A stretch of DNA of 61,070 bases from Ktedonobacteraceae bacterium (lineage in GTDB: Bacteria; Chloroflexota; Ktedonobacteria; Ktedonobacterales; Ktedonobacteraceae): NCBI GenBank assembly GCA_019240835.1, contig JAFAXQ010000246.1, positions 1 through 61,070 on the forward strand, written 5' to 3'. The notes beneath the pieces were generated by a model that worked only from the letters and a program-made list of their open reading frames with translations, was not told the DNA's origin and ran no database searches. Below are positions 8,993 through 18,299 of this stretch, piece after piece. Each line of letters starts with the position of its first letter. Position 1 is the stretch's first letter. Made by a program: the position numbers and the translations under genes.

Positions 8993-10378
8993 ATGTGTAT
9001 ACAGATAAGGAGAGGATGTATGCCCTACAAGCAACTAGACACACGAGCTATGTCGCAGTTCACGATGGATGAGCTATTGACACAGGTGGCGGAAGTGAAA
9101 AATGGCAGGCCCAACTGGGGAGCTATTCTGCACTATTTTCGTCAGCAGATGGGTTGGAAAGCCTGGGAGTTGGGTCTGCTCTATGGGGAGGCCTTGCAAG
9201 ATGAGGAGCTTGAGCAAGAGCCAAAGACGGCTAGTTGGATCTACATGATGGAAAGCCAGAACATGGTTCCTTGGGATGAGAAGCGGCGCTGGATTCTGGC
9301 CACCCTGCTGGATATCCCCCCAGTGCTCTTCGGCCTGCAAGCAGGGCATAATGCAGCCCCAGCGGGTGAGGAACCAGCCTCAGCTCTAAGCACTCTTCTG
9401 AGTTGGGAGCGGGTGGACATTGCAGAATATCGTGCGACATTAGCACGACTGTGTGCTACTTATCATAGTGAGACACTTTCTCTTGCTCTCATGGATATCA
9501 AGCGCAGGATGCAGAGTCTGCATACTGATCTTGCCTTCAGGACAGCACCGGACAAAGAAGCACTCCAGCGACTGCTCTGCGAGTATTACCTTCTGGCGGC
9601 ACGCATAGCCCACGATCAGGGAGCCTCAGAGATAGCCATTGGACTGCTGAGCAGGGTGATTATGCTAGCTGAGCATGAGAGTCTGTTTGATCTGCATGCC
9701 TATGCACTGCGTGAGCGAGCGATATGTCACTCGGGAATCGGGTTCATCAAGGCTCTTGAGGGCCGGACGAAGGCTGCGCAAGAGCAGTATGCTGCTGCTG
9801 CTCGCGATGCGCTTGCCTCACGCAGTCTTGCAGCAAAAATCCCGCCGCTGTGGCGAGGCATTGTCTTGCTTTCTGCTGGTGCCACTATTGCCGGTATAGC
9901 GCGGGATCACAATGAATTACTTGAGGCCTTGAGGGTGATCGACCAGGGGGCAAAAGAAATAGGCAAGCATACCCAAGACAAACGTATTCCAACAGTACTT
10001 GACGAAGAACTGTACCTTAGTATAAGGGCGCGAGCCTACATTCAGTCGCCGTTCAAAGGCGCGTACTTTCCCGCATCAGCACGCCAGGCATTAGAGGAAT
10101 CAGCAAAAGTAGCAAAAATCAGTTCTAAACCGCGTCGTGCTGAAATGGCTGTGATTATAGCATGGTCTTATTTTATGGAGGAGTTGTATCCAATGGCCAC
10201 CGAGGCTATGGAACAGGCTATTGTGGCCGTGCGGAATTGCCAGGGCACAGAGAAGTATTTTGCCCGTCTTGAGGCACTCTACAGAGGACTGAGAAGCAGT
10301 GAGTTCGGCAAGGATGCCGAAGTGGCACGCTTAGGGGTGACGTTGCTGCGAGCACGAAGGCCTGGTCTCTTCAACTAA
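8993..10378 (+). CDS. XRE-like HTH N-terminal domain protein with helical-repeat (TPR-like) C-terminal region
   Basis: N-terminal segment WIYMMESQNMVPWDEKRRWILATLLDIPPVLFGL resembles XRE-type HTH. The remainder is long and alpha-helical. Start uncertain (alternative Met codons at 9020 and 9050). Confidence 0.45.
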   Translation: MCIQIRRGCMPYKQLDTRAMSQFTMDELLTQVAEVKNGRPNWGAILHYFRQQMGWKAWELGLLYGEALQDEELEQEPKTASWIYMMESQNMVPWDEKRRWILATLLDIPPVLFGLQAGHNAAPAGEEPASALSTLLSWERVDIAEYRATLARLCATYHSETLSLALMDIKRRMQSLHTDLAFRTAPDKEALQRLLCEYYLLAARIAHDQGASEIAIGLLSRVIMLAEHESLFDLHAYALRERAICHSGIGFIKALEGRTKAAQEQYAAAARDALASRSLAAKIPPLWRGIVLLSAGATIAGIARDHNELLEALRVIDQGAKEIGKHTQDKRIPTVLDEELYLSIRARAYIQSPFKGAYFPASARQALEESAKVAKISSKPRRAEMAVIIAWSYFMEELYPMATEAMEQAIVAVRNCQGTEKYFARLEALYRGLRSSEFGKDAEVARLGVTLLRARRPGLFN

Positions 10379-10424
10379 GTGGGTAGTGCTCAAAGCCCAC
10401 AAAGTCTCGCTCCTACAATATACA

Positions 10425-10462
10425 CAGAAACGGCACAACGTGTATTTGTAGTGCCGTTTCTG
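10425..10462 (+). terminator. 12-bp stem hairpin after the HTH/TPR gene
   Basis: CAGAAACGGCAC-14 nt-GTGCCGTTTCTG read directly; no clear U-tract. Confidence 0.45.
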
Positions 10463-10665
10463 CGTATATTATGCTGTCAATCCCTTGGGGCACCTCGCTA
10501 TCCCCAGCACAATGGCGGTACAAACGTGGTAAACTGATGTTGTACTTTTATCCTTTTTCTGCGTTTACTACATAGTAGGGGCGGGCTTGAGCTCCGCCCT
10601 GGTAGAGGCTGGCCTCGCTCTGGTAGGTAGGGGCCGCCGCAGGTGACCAGAAAGGCAACATAGCC

Positions 10666-11466
10666 ATGGCAACTGATCCACTCTCCCTTATATTCATTGC
10701 CTGCTTCCTCTTTGGACTGCTCTTCTTGCTAGTCGCGGGTTTACTAGGGAACCTGGGTCATGGACACAGCATTGGACATGCAACAGCACTGCATGTCCAC
10801 GTAGGGCATACGGCGGTTCCAGCACAGGCGGTGACACATCTTGCGAAGGGGCCGCATATTGCGACCACTCCACACACCTTCTCGTTGCTTAGTTACATGA
10901 ATCTCACCTCTCTTGTGCTCTTTCTGCTAGGATTTGGCTTTTTCGGTTACGTCCTGCACACCACCACTTCACTCATACTGCCACTCATTCTGTTGCTGGC
11001 CATTGTAAGTGGATGTGTTCTTGCGCTCTTGCTGCTCATGTTCATTGGTCGTGTCTTCGGCACAAGTGAAGGAGCAACTGTGCAAGACGTGTCAGACCGC
11101 ACTGGCCTGTTGGGCCGAGTGAGCACGACGATACCGCAGAACGGTCTGGGTGAAATACTCTATGTCTCGCCTGGCGGCATGCGTAAGAGCATTCCAGCAC
11201 GTAGTAGCGATGGGCGGCGCATCGAGCCTGGCCAGGAAGTCGTAGTCGTCGCCTACCAGGGCGGCATCGCCGAGGTTGACAACTGGGAGTCCTATGTAGG
11301 CAAAGAAGATGTGCAAGCTATGCAAGCAGCCAATACACCTGCTCTTCCAAGTAGTGCCGACATCTCTCAGGCTGACCAACTGGCAAAACTACGTGCATTG
11401 CTTGAAGAAACAACGGGAACCAATTCACAACTTGTTATGCGAAAAGATATGCAAGAGGAGGAATAG
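10666..11466 (+). CDS. NfeD-family membrane protein
   Basis: N-terminal TM segments, a His-rich loop and a C-terminal OB-like segment (GLLGRVSTTIPQNGLGEILYVSPGG). It sits immediately upstream of a flotillin gene, the classic NfeD-SPFH pairing. Confidence 0.7.
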   Translation: MATDPLSLIFIACFLFGLLFLLVAGLLGNLGHGHSIGHATALHVHVGHTAVPAQAVTHLAKGPHIATTPHTFSLLSYMNLTSLVLFLLGFGFFGYVLHTTTSLILPLILLLAIVSGCVLALLLLMFIGRVFGTSEGATVQDVSDRTGLLGRVSTTIPQNGLGEILYVSPGGMRKSIPARSSDGRRIEPGQEVVVVAYQGGIAEVDNWESYVGKEDVQAMQAANTPALPSSADISQADQLAKLRALLEETTGTNSQLVMRKDMQEEE

Positions 11467-11469
11467 GTA

Positions 11470-12990
11470 ATGTCACTGATTCTTATCGGAGTCGTTACAT
11501 TAGTCGCTGTCGTTTTTATTCTGCTTAGAATTGTCGGTAGTCTGTTACGTAAAGTTGGACCCAATCAGGCCCTCATCGTCTACGGTGCGGGTGGCACAAA
11601 AGTGATTACTGGAGGCTCGCACTTTGTGCTTCCTCTCTACCAGCGCGCACAGGATTTCTCACTTGAGTTGATGTCCTTTGACGTGGCACCACCGCAGGAT
11701 CTCTATACCACTCAGGGGGTTGCGGTCAATGTCGAAGCTGTCACGCAGATCAAAGTGCGTTCGGATGAACAGAGCATCAGAACCGCTGCCGAACAATTTT
11801 TGAGCAAAACGCAGGACGACCGTGAGAACCTGATCCGCTTAGTCATGGAGGGTCATCTGCGCGGTATCGTTGGGCAGCTCACTGTCGAAGAGCTGGTCAA
11901 AGACCCTGAAAACGTCGGCTCGAAGATGTTGCGCACCGTCACAGCGGATATGGAGAAGATGGGGCTAGAAGTCATCTCCTTCACCATTAAAGATGTACGT
12001 GACAGAAACGACTACATCACGAACATGGGCCGTCCGCAGATTGCCTCTATCCGCAAGGAGGCCGATATCGCTGCAGCACTAGCCCAGCGCGATACGCAGA
12101 TTCAGCAAGCTAACGCCTCACGCGAGGCATCGGTATCCAAAGCGCGGGCCGATCAGGAGCGCGTCAAGGCTGAGACGGAATCGCTGGCCCTGCAGGCTGA
12201 GTCACAGCGTAACCTGTCGTTGAAGAGAGCAGAGTTTGATGCTGAAGTGAAGAAACAACAGGCCACAGCCGACAAAGCCTATGACATCCAGTCAAACTCT
12301 GTACAGCAGCAAGTCGTCGCCGAGCAGGTGAAAGTCACCGAAGTGGAGAAGCAGGCACAGATTAAGGTGCAGCAGGCTGAGATCCAGCGCCGTGAACTGG
12401 AACTGCAGGCCACTGTTCAAAAGGGGGCGGAAGCTGAGCGCCGCCGCATCGAGACAGTGGCAGAAGCTGAGCGCCAGCGCCTCATTCTCGAAGCTCAAGG
12501 TCAAGCCGATGCAGCTAAGGCACGTGGTCTTGGTGACGCTGAAGCGAACCGGGCACGTGGCCTAGCCGAAGCCGAGATCACCCGTGCCCGTGGTTTAGCC
12601 CAAGCCGAAGTTATTCTCGCTCAGGGCCGTGCAGAAGCCGAGGCCATGAAAATCAAGGCCGCTGCCTACCACGAGTACAATCAGGCGGCTGTACTGGATA
12701 AACTGCTTACTAACATGCCCGAGATCGTGCGTGCCCTTGCCCAGCCACTGAGCAAGGTTGATAAGGTAACGATTGTCTCTACTGGTGACAGTAGTAACAA
12801 TGGCATGGGGGCGAGTCGTATTACTAACGACATCATGAACATGGCAGCCCAGGTTCCCGCTCTCTTTGAATTACTCAGCGGTACGACTGTCGGTGACCTC
12901 ATCAACCGTATTCCCGCGTTGTCTGACAACCAGAATAGTGAGAACGGCACCAAGGCATCCGGCACGAATAATACTGTAGACAACAAGTAG
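11470..12990 (+). CDS. Flotillin-like SPFH/band-7 protein
   Basis: N-terminal TM, SPFH domain, then long Glu/Ala-rich repeats (AEAERRRIETVAEAERQRL..., ARGLAEAEITRARGLAQAE). AGGAGGAA SD. Confidence 0.85.
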   Translation: MSLILIGVVTLVAVVFILLRIVGSLLRKVGPNQALIVYGAGGTKVITGGSHFVLPLYQRAQDFSLELMSFDVAPPQDLYTTQGVAVNVEAVTQIKVRSDEQSIRTAAEQFLSKTQDDRENLIRLVMEGHLRGIVGQLTVEELVKDPENVGSKMLRTVTADMEKMGLEVISFTIKDVRDRNDYITNMGRPQIASIRKEADIAAALAQRDTQIQQANASREASVSKARADQERVKAETESLALQAESQRNLSLKRAEFDAEVKKQQATADKAYDIQSNSVQQQVVAEQVKVTEVEKQAQIKVQQAEIQRRELELQATVQKGAEAERRRIETVAEAERQRLILEAQGQADAAKARGLGDAEANRARGLAEAEITRARGLAQAEVILAQGRAEAEAMKIKAAAYHEYNQAAVLDKLLTNMPEIVRALAQPLSKVDKVTIVSTGDSSNNGMGASRITNDIMNMAAQVPALFELLSGTTVGDLINRIPALSDNQNSENGTKASGTNNTVDNK

Positions 12991-12997
12991 TAGTTAT

Positions 12998-13068
12998 TCT
13001 TCAGATGCCCTCACCCAATGCGCCACCAAAGTCGCGCATTGGGTGAGGGCATCTGAAGAGTTATTTTT
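12998..13068 (+). terminator. Rho-independent terminator after the flotillin gene
   Basis: 26-bp perfect stem (TCTTCAGATGCCCTCACCCAATGCGC / complement), 10-nt loop, followed by GTTATTTTT. Confidence 0.8.
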
Positions 13069-13107
13069 CGCTTGTAGCAGAACAATTATTTGTGATGGAG
13101 AGGGTAT

Positions 13108-13638
13108 ATGAGCTTGTTGGAACGCGTGCTCACCTTGCTGTGCCCTAATCTCAAGAGTGTCGTTGAGAAGTCAAATGAGCCGGAGAAGATGCTACGGCAA
13201 TTGCTGCTTGACATGCGTAACCAATTGGTACAGGTCAAGACACAACTTGCTATAGCTATTGCTGAGAGTCACAAACACCAAAAGCGTAGCAAGGAGCGTA
13301 TGCTGGAGGCAGAGACTTGGTCGAAAAAGGCAGAACAGGCGATCCAGCAGGGTAACGACCATGCAGCCAGAACAGCGCTTGGTCACTACAACGAAGCAGT
13401 GAAACAAGCAGAGTACTACAAACAACAACAACAACAACAACAACAGCTCATAGCAACGATGCGTAGTATATTACGCCAGCTCGAAGCAAAGATTTCTGAG
13501 ATCGAAACAACTATCGATACACTCACCACACAGAAACGTAACGTTCTTATCCAAGAGCGTGTCTTGGGCGCGCTGAGCAGTGCAGAAAAGCAGCGGGAAA
13601 GGGAAAACAGAGAACATGGCAACAACTACAGGCAGTAG
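13108..13638 (+). CDS. PspA/IM30-family membrane-stress protein
   Basis: N-terminus MSLLERV...KSNEPEKMLRQLLLDMRNQL matches the PspA/Vipp1 pattern. Coiled-coil throughout, with an internal run of 8 Gln. Confidence 0.75.
   Translation: MSLLERVLTLLCPNLKSVVEKSNEPEKMLRQLLLDMRNQLVQVKTQLAIAIAESHKHQKRSKERMLEAETWSKKAEQAIQQGNDHAARTALGHYNEAVKQAEYYKQQQQQQQQLIATMRSILRQLEAKISEIETTIDTLTTQKRNVLIQERVLGALSSAEKQRERENREHGNNYRQ
13423..13446 (+). repeat. (CAA)7-CAG trinucleotide microsatellite inside the PspA-like gene
   Basis: Counted directly from the sequence; encodes 8 Gln. Confidence 0.95.
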
Positions 13639-15121
13639 CGGTAGCGTATTACGCTCTGAGCGTATCGCCGCTGGTATTCTCCCGAAAGTCTTACATTCAT
13701 TTGATATGGTCGCTATCTTTGTAGGGATTGTCCTGTTCATCACCAATGCAGCCGTTGTAGCTGGTGCAGGAGCAGCAGCCTATATCTACTGGCTTCTGGG
13801 TTTCATCGCCTTCCTCATCCCTGGCGCTGTCGTTACCGGACAGCTTGGCTTGATGTTCCCAGGAGAAGGCTCTATTTATGTGTGGACGCACAAAGCTTTT
13901 GGCACCTTCATAGGCTTCTTTGCGGGTTTCTGCGCTTGGTGGCCTGGTATCCTTGTCATGATCGCCAGTGGTGATGCCGTGGTTTCGTTCATCCAGCAGC
14001 TCAATAGTAACTGGTTGCAAGCACCGTGGCAACAGGGTGTGGTAATTATCGCAGTCATCGCCATCTCCCTTGTCCTCTCAGTTTTACGCTTCCGTGTCAC
14101 GCAGAACTTTGTCAACATGGTCTTTTTGGCCTATGGTGGTGCAATTGTGCTGATTGGTTTGGCGGGAGTGCTCTGGTTGCTGAACGGACATCCCGCCCAG
14201 ACCAGCTATGCAGCCAGTAGTTGGGCCTTGACCCCGAAGAATTGGACCTTCTTTGGTCTCGTAATCCTTGCCTTATTAGGTATTGAGGTGCCGTTGAACA
14301 TGGGCGTCGAGATTGCCGATGTACGTGCCATCACACGCTATCTGCTCTGGGGGTCAGTTGTGGTCATGGTGGCCTATCTCATTGCAACGTTCGGTGTGAT
14401 GACGGCTGCACCTTCATCCACTTACGGTAGTCCTGCCGCTGTAGCTACAGCCGTGCAGCAAGGATTTGGCGTTGCTGGCCGTGTGATAGGAGCGATTGTC
14501 GACGTCATCTTCATCGGCTTTTTCATCTTTACTACGGCTGTTTACAACTACTCATTCGGGCGACTGCTCTTCGTCTCCGGTTTGGACCGTCGCCTGCCAG
14601 CAGCGATGAGTAGGGTCAACGCGAACAAGGTGCCTTGGGTCGCTGTGCTTGTGCAGAGCATGATCTCGGCGTTCTTCACGGCGTTGGCATTTATCATTAT
14701 GCCCTATACCCTCAAGACAGGATTTTCGCCCACCGATCTTTCGACGGTTGTCTACAATATTCTTTCTGCTGCTGTGACCGTAATATGGTGCCTCTCTATG
14801 GTGATCCTTTTTGTAGACGTGATCATCATTCGCTACAAGTACCATGAGGCATTTGCCCGCATTCGCCTCGCTCCCGACTGGGTCTTTTACCTTTGTTCGG
14901 CGTTGGGACTCATTGCTAGTGCTATCGGTGTGGTTGTGACATTTGTCAGCCCGTGGGTGAGGCAGCTCGATACGGCACAATGGGACCGCTGGATTGGGGG
15001 CATTAGCATTCTTTCGCTGATCGTGGCCGTTGCCATATTCTTCGTCGGCCAATCGACAATCAAGCGTGACTTGAGCGACGAGGAAGTCGTTGCCCAAGTC
15101 ACCAACCAACTGCCAACATAG
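13616..15121 (+). CDS. APC-superfamily amino-acid/polyamine permease
   Basis: About 12 hydrophobic segments, with GEGSIYVWTHKAFG resembling the APC signature region. Start taken at MATTTGS (13616), overlapping the pspA-like stop. Confidence 0.7.
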   Translation: MATTTGSSGSVLRSERIAAGILPKVLHSFDMVAIFVGIVLFITNAAVVAGAGAAAYIYWLLGFIAFLIPGAVVTGQLGLMFPGEGSIYVWTHKAFGTFIGFFAGFCAWWPGILVMIASGDAVVSFIQQLNSNWLQAPWQQGVVIIAVIAISLVLSVLRFRVTQNFVNMVFLAYGGAIVLIGLAGVLWLLNGHPAQTSYAASSWALTPKNWTFFGLVILALLGIEVPLNMGVEIADVRAITRYLLWGSVVVMVAYLIATFGVMTAAPSSTYGSPAAVATAVQQGFGVAGRVIGAIVDVIFIGFFIFTTAVYNYSFGRLLFVSGLDRRLPAAMSRVNANKVPWVAVLVQSMISAFFTALAFIIMPYTLKTGFSPTDLSTVVYNILSAAVTVIWCLSMVILFVDVIIIRYKYHEAFARIRLAPDWVFYLCSALGLIASAIGVVVTFVSPWVRQLDTAQWDRWIGGISILSLIVAVAIFFVGQSTIKRDLSDEEVVAQVTNQLPT

Positions 15122-15136
15122 CACGAGCATGCAGTG

Positions 15137-15169
15137 CTGCCTGGTTCTGACAACGTTGGAACCGGGCAG
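15137..15169 (+). terminator. Hairpin after the permease gene
   Basis: CTGCCTGGTTC-loop-GAACCGGGCAG (one G-U pair), followed by a weak T-rich tail. Confidence 0.45.
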
Positions 15170-15314
15170 CCTTTGGGGCTTTGCCAGTGGAAGAAAAGGC
15201 TATTGCTCACCGAAACGGTTAATGTTAGCTATTGACAATGCCATAATAAGTAGTATGCTTGTGTAAAGTTGTGTATACGAAAACTTCGATGCATTCCTCG
15301 TGGATGGAGAAAAC

Positions 15315-16772
15315 ATGCCGACTAATCCTGAAGGGCTCATTGGGCAAGTGATCGCTGGGTACCGGTTGAAAACGCTGCTCGGCACTGGTGGGATGGGGGC
15401 TGTTTTTTTGGCTACAGACGAGGCTGGATGCGAGGTGGCGATCAAGATTCTTATCCCGCCTCCCGTGCTCACAAACGCTACCTCCATTCGCGTCATCAGT
15501 AAGCGTTTCCTGCGCGAGGCTCAGACCTTGAGTCGCTTGAAGCACCCCAACATCCTATCGCTCTATTCTTCTGGAGTGGATGAAGACCACGACCGCATCT
15601 ATATGGTCATGCCCTATATCAGGGGAGGCACGCTGGCAAATAGTTTACGTCGAGGACCTATGGCCCTGGACAAGGTACTCTACTATGTCAAACAGATAGC
15701 TGCTGCTCTCGATTATGCCCATGAGCACAATGTTATTCACCGTGACCTCAAACCAGCTAATGTGCTGATCGACGAGAATGACCATGTCTATCTGGCCGAT
15801 TTTGGCATCGCCAAGGTTTTCGACGTGGGAACGACCATATTGACCAAGACGGACCAGATGATGGGTACCCCTGGCTATATGGCTCCAGAGCAGATCACCA
15901 ATGGGCCTGTAAGCCCAGCGACTGATGTGTATGGGCTTGCTGCAATGACCTACCGATTGATTACCGGGTGGCTGCCGTTCGCCACTTCTTCGCTGGCCGC
16001 CGCCTTGGAGTTGATACTGCACGGTACTCCACAATCCCCACGTCTGCTGCGTCACGAGCTGCCAGCTCCGGCGGCAGATGTAATCTTACAAGGGCTGGCT
16101 AAAAGACCCGATGAGCGCTTTGCCAGTGCTGGAGCCTTTCTCTATGCTCTAGAAAGAGGACTACAAGGCAAGTATACTACACCGCCTACAATGCTAGTAC
16201 CTACTATCCAAACATCCTCTTCCGTCGAACAAGTAAATTCTTACTTGCTGCCTCAAACTCCCTGGCATACAGAATTGATGGACTCTGCCACTCCTGACTC
16301 CAGTGTGCTCTCCGGCTCTTTTCCAGCGCCACAACCACGTGCAGTTTCAACCTCCCAGTCAGCGGCTATAGCGCCCTCTCCTGCTAAGGCGAAGAGGCAT
16401 CTTTCTGGCTTGTTGTTTGTCGCAGCGGTCTCTGCTAGCCTATTGATTGCACTGTCATTCCTCTTGCTGTTTCACTCACAAGTAGGAAGAGACGGCCCGC
16501 CAGCAGTAGCATTCGAAACTACCCCTACAGTGCTTATGGTAACACAGACGGCGCAGCCTTCGCCGATGGGCGTGCCTACTTCAGGCGAGAGCTACCCCGC
16601 TACCCCTATGCCCACGGACACTCCTGCACCTGTACCCACGAACGCTCCTACCCCTCTACCCACAAATACTCCTACGCCGGTGCCCACACCTACACCGACG
16701 CCCACGCCTACACCTAAGCCAACGCCGACGCCCACACCGACGCCCGCACCTACACCCACGCCAACTCCATAG
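15315..16772 (+). CDS. Membrane-anchored Ser/Thr protein kinase with Pro/Thr-rich extracellular tail
   Basis: GTGGMGAVF...AIK, HRDLKPANVL, DFGIAK and GTPGYMAPE Hanks motifs. One TM (LLFVAAVSASLLIALSFLLLF), then a PT-repeat tail. Confidence 0.9.
   Translation: MPTNPEGLIGQVIAGYRLKTLLGTGGMGAVFLATDEAGCEVAIKILIPPPVLTNATSIRVISKRFLREAQTLSRLKHPNILSLYSSGVDEDHDRIYMVMPYIRGGTLANSLRRGPMALDKVLYYVKQIAAALDYAHEHNVIHRDLKPANVLIDENDHVYLADFGIAKVFDVGTTILTKTDQMMGTPGYMAPEQITNGPVSPATDVYGLAAMTYRLITGWLPFATSSLAAALELILHGTPQSPRLLRHELPAPAADVILQGLAKRPDERFASAGAFLYALERGLQGKYTTPPTMLVPTIQTSSSVEQVNSYLLPQTPWHTELMDSATPDSSVLSGSFPAPQPRAVSTSQSAAIAPSPAKAKRHLSGLLFVAAVSASLLIALSFLLLFHSQVGRDGPPAVAFETTPTVLMVTQTAQPSPMGVPTSGESYPATPMPTDTPAPVPTNAPTPLPTNTPTPVPTPTPTPTPTPKPTPTPTPTPAPTPTPTP
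16610..16769 (+). repeat. Pro/Thr-codon low-complexity repeat (PTPTPTP...) at the kinase 3' end
   Basis: Read directly. The antisense GVGVGV ORF (16592..17008) is its shadow. Confidence 0.9.
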
Positions 16773-16897
16773 CAGACTGTAGTGTGGTTTGTGGTGCTCT
16801 TCGCCTGCAAACCACAGCACATTTTCAGCGTGCCAGTACTACAGGCACGAGGGAATATGATATCATGTTTCTCATTAACAATAGTTAGGAGGATTCT

Positions 16898-18259
16898 GTG
16901 CTGATGAATGCTTACGATGTAGTCCAGCGAGTACATAACGCAAATATACGGCTTGTGCGCTTCCTGTACTGCGACAACGGTGGCCTCATTCGTGCCAAGA
17001 CAACTCATGCCACTAAGCTAGCTACTCGCATGCAGGAGGGAATTGGGCAGACGCTTGCTATGCAGGCTTTTACTGCAGTTGAGACACTTGCCCAGGTTGA
17101 GGGTATGGGACCCGTCGGCGAATTTCGTCTCGTTCCTGATCCCGAAACATTTGTAATGCTGCCATACGTCCCCAATTCGGCTAGTATGATGTGCGATATG
17201 ATGCGCACAGAGACAACGGCGTGGGAGGCATGTCCGCGTACTTTCTTGAAACATATGGTTGGCAGGCTGGCTGAACGGGGTATGCGTGCTGAGGCTGCTG
17301 TCGAGCATGAGTTTTATCTCGCACGCGAAGAAATGGGCCAGTACGTGCCAGCAGATCGCAGCCTCTGCTACAGCACTATCGGACTGGACGAGCAGGCCGA
17401 GGTGATTGATGCCATTCTTGCAGCTCTGGAGGCTCAGGGTATCTCCATCGAGCTATGTCACACTGAGCTAGGTCCAGGCCAGCAAGAACTATCTATTCAT
17501 CACTCTCCCGTCTTGAGGGCAGCCGATCATGTGTGCCTTGTGCGCGAGACAACACGCGGTGTAGCCCGTGCCTTTGATCTGTTTGCATCATTTGCTCCCA
17601 AGCCTTTCCTGGATCAAGCAGGTAGCGGCGCTCATATTCACATAAGCCTGTGGGGAACTGCAGAGAATACACGCAAAAATCTCTTCTATGATGCCAGTGA
17701 GCGTGGTGTACTTAGTCAGTTGGGGAAATACTTTATCGGCGGTGTATTGCGCCACATTCGTGGTCTGGTTGCCATTACTTGTGGAAGCCCCAACTCCTAT
17801 CGTCGCCTGCTGCCTCACTTCTGGAGTTCTGCGTATGCTGCCTATGGCTATGATAACCGCGAAGGAGCCATTCGTGTGCCATCTGTCTTCTGGGGTCGAG
17901 AAGCCGACTCAATCAACCTTGAACTGAAGAGTGCCGATCATAGTGGAAACCCCTATCTGGCACTGGGTACTCTTATTGCTGCAGGGCTTGATGGCATTGA
18001 GAATCATATCGATGCGGGAGAAGCGCAGGACATTGATCCAGGAAACTACAGTGATCAGGAGCGTGAGCGGCGTGGTATTCATCGTCTACCTACAACGCTA
18101 GATGAGGCCCTTGACGAACTGGAGCGCGACGCTGTCCTCAAAGAGGCGTTGGGACCGCTGCTAGCAACCTCTTATATCGCGGTAAAACGCGACGAGTGCG
18201 CATTCTTCAAAGAGAAATCTCCCGAAGAGGAAGCGCGCCAGCACTTTTATAAATATTAA
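16898..18259 (+). CDS. Glutamine synthetase-family (type I-like) ligase, possibly a gamma-glutamyl-amine synthetase
   Basis: HTELGPGQQELS, GSGAHIHISLW, NSYRRL and NPYLA motifs of the GS catalytic domain. AGGAGG SD at 16887. Confidence 0.8.
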   Translation: MLMNAYDVVQRVHNANIRLVRFLYCDNGGLIRAKTTHATKLATRMQEGIGQTLAMQAFTAVETLAQVEGMGPVGEFRLVPDPETFVMLPYVPNSASMMCDMMRTETTAWEACPRTFLKHMVGRLAERGMRAEAAVEHEFYLAREEMGQYVPADRSLCYSTIGLDEQAEVIDAILAALEAQGISIELCHTELGPGQQELSIHHSPVLRAADHVCLVRETTRGVARAFDLFASFAPKPFLDQAGSGAHIHISLWGTAENTRKNLFYDASERGVLSQLGKYFIGGVLRHIRGLVAITCGSPNSYRRLLPHFWSSAYAAYGYDNREGAIRVPSVFWGREADSINLELKSADHSGNPYLALGTLIAAGLDGIENHIDAGEAQDIDPGNYSDQERERRGIHRLPTTLDEALDELERDAVLKEALGPLLATSYIAVKRDECAFFKEKSPEEEARQHFYKY

Positions 18260-18299
18260 GTCGCTCCGCCAAGGCGACCACAAGAGTCGCCCTGGCTTC

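Noticed and set aside
16610-16769. A repetitive stretch that might be mistaken for a CRISPR-like or tandem array.
   Set aside because: It is an in-frame dipeptide (Pro-Thr) codon repeat inside a kinase gene, with no repeat-spacer organisation.
16592-17008. 138-aa minus-strand ORF with a GVGVGVGVG repeat.
   Set aside because: It is the antisense shadow of the kinase Pro/Thr repeat, and it overlaps the GS-like gene start region. It has no SD or motifs.
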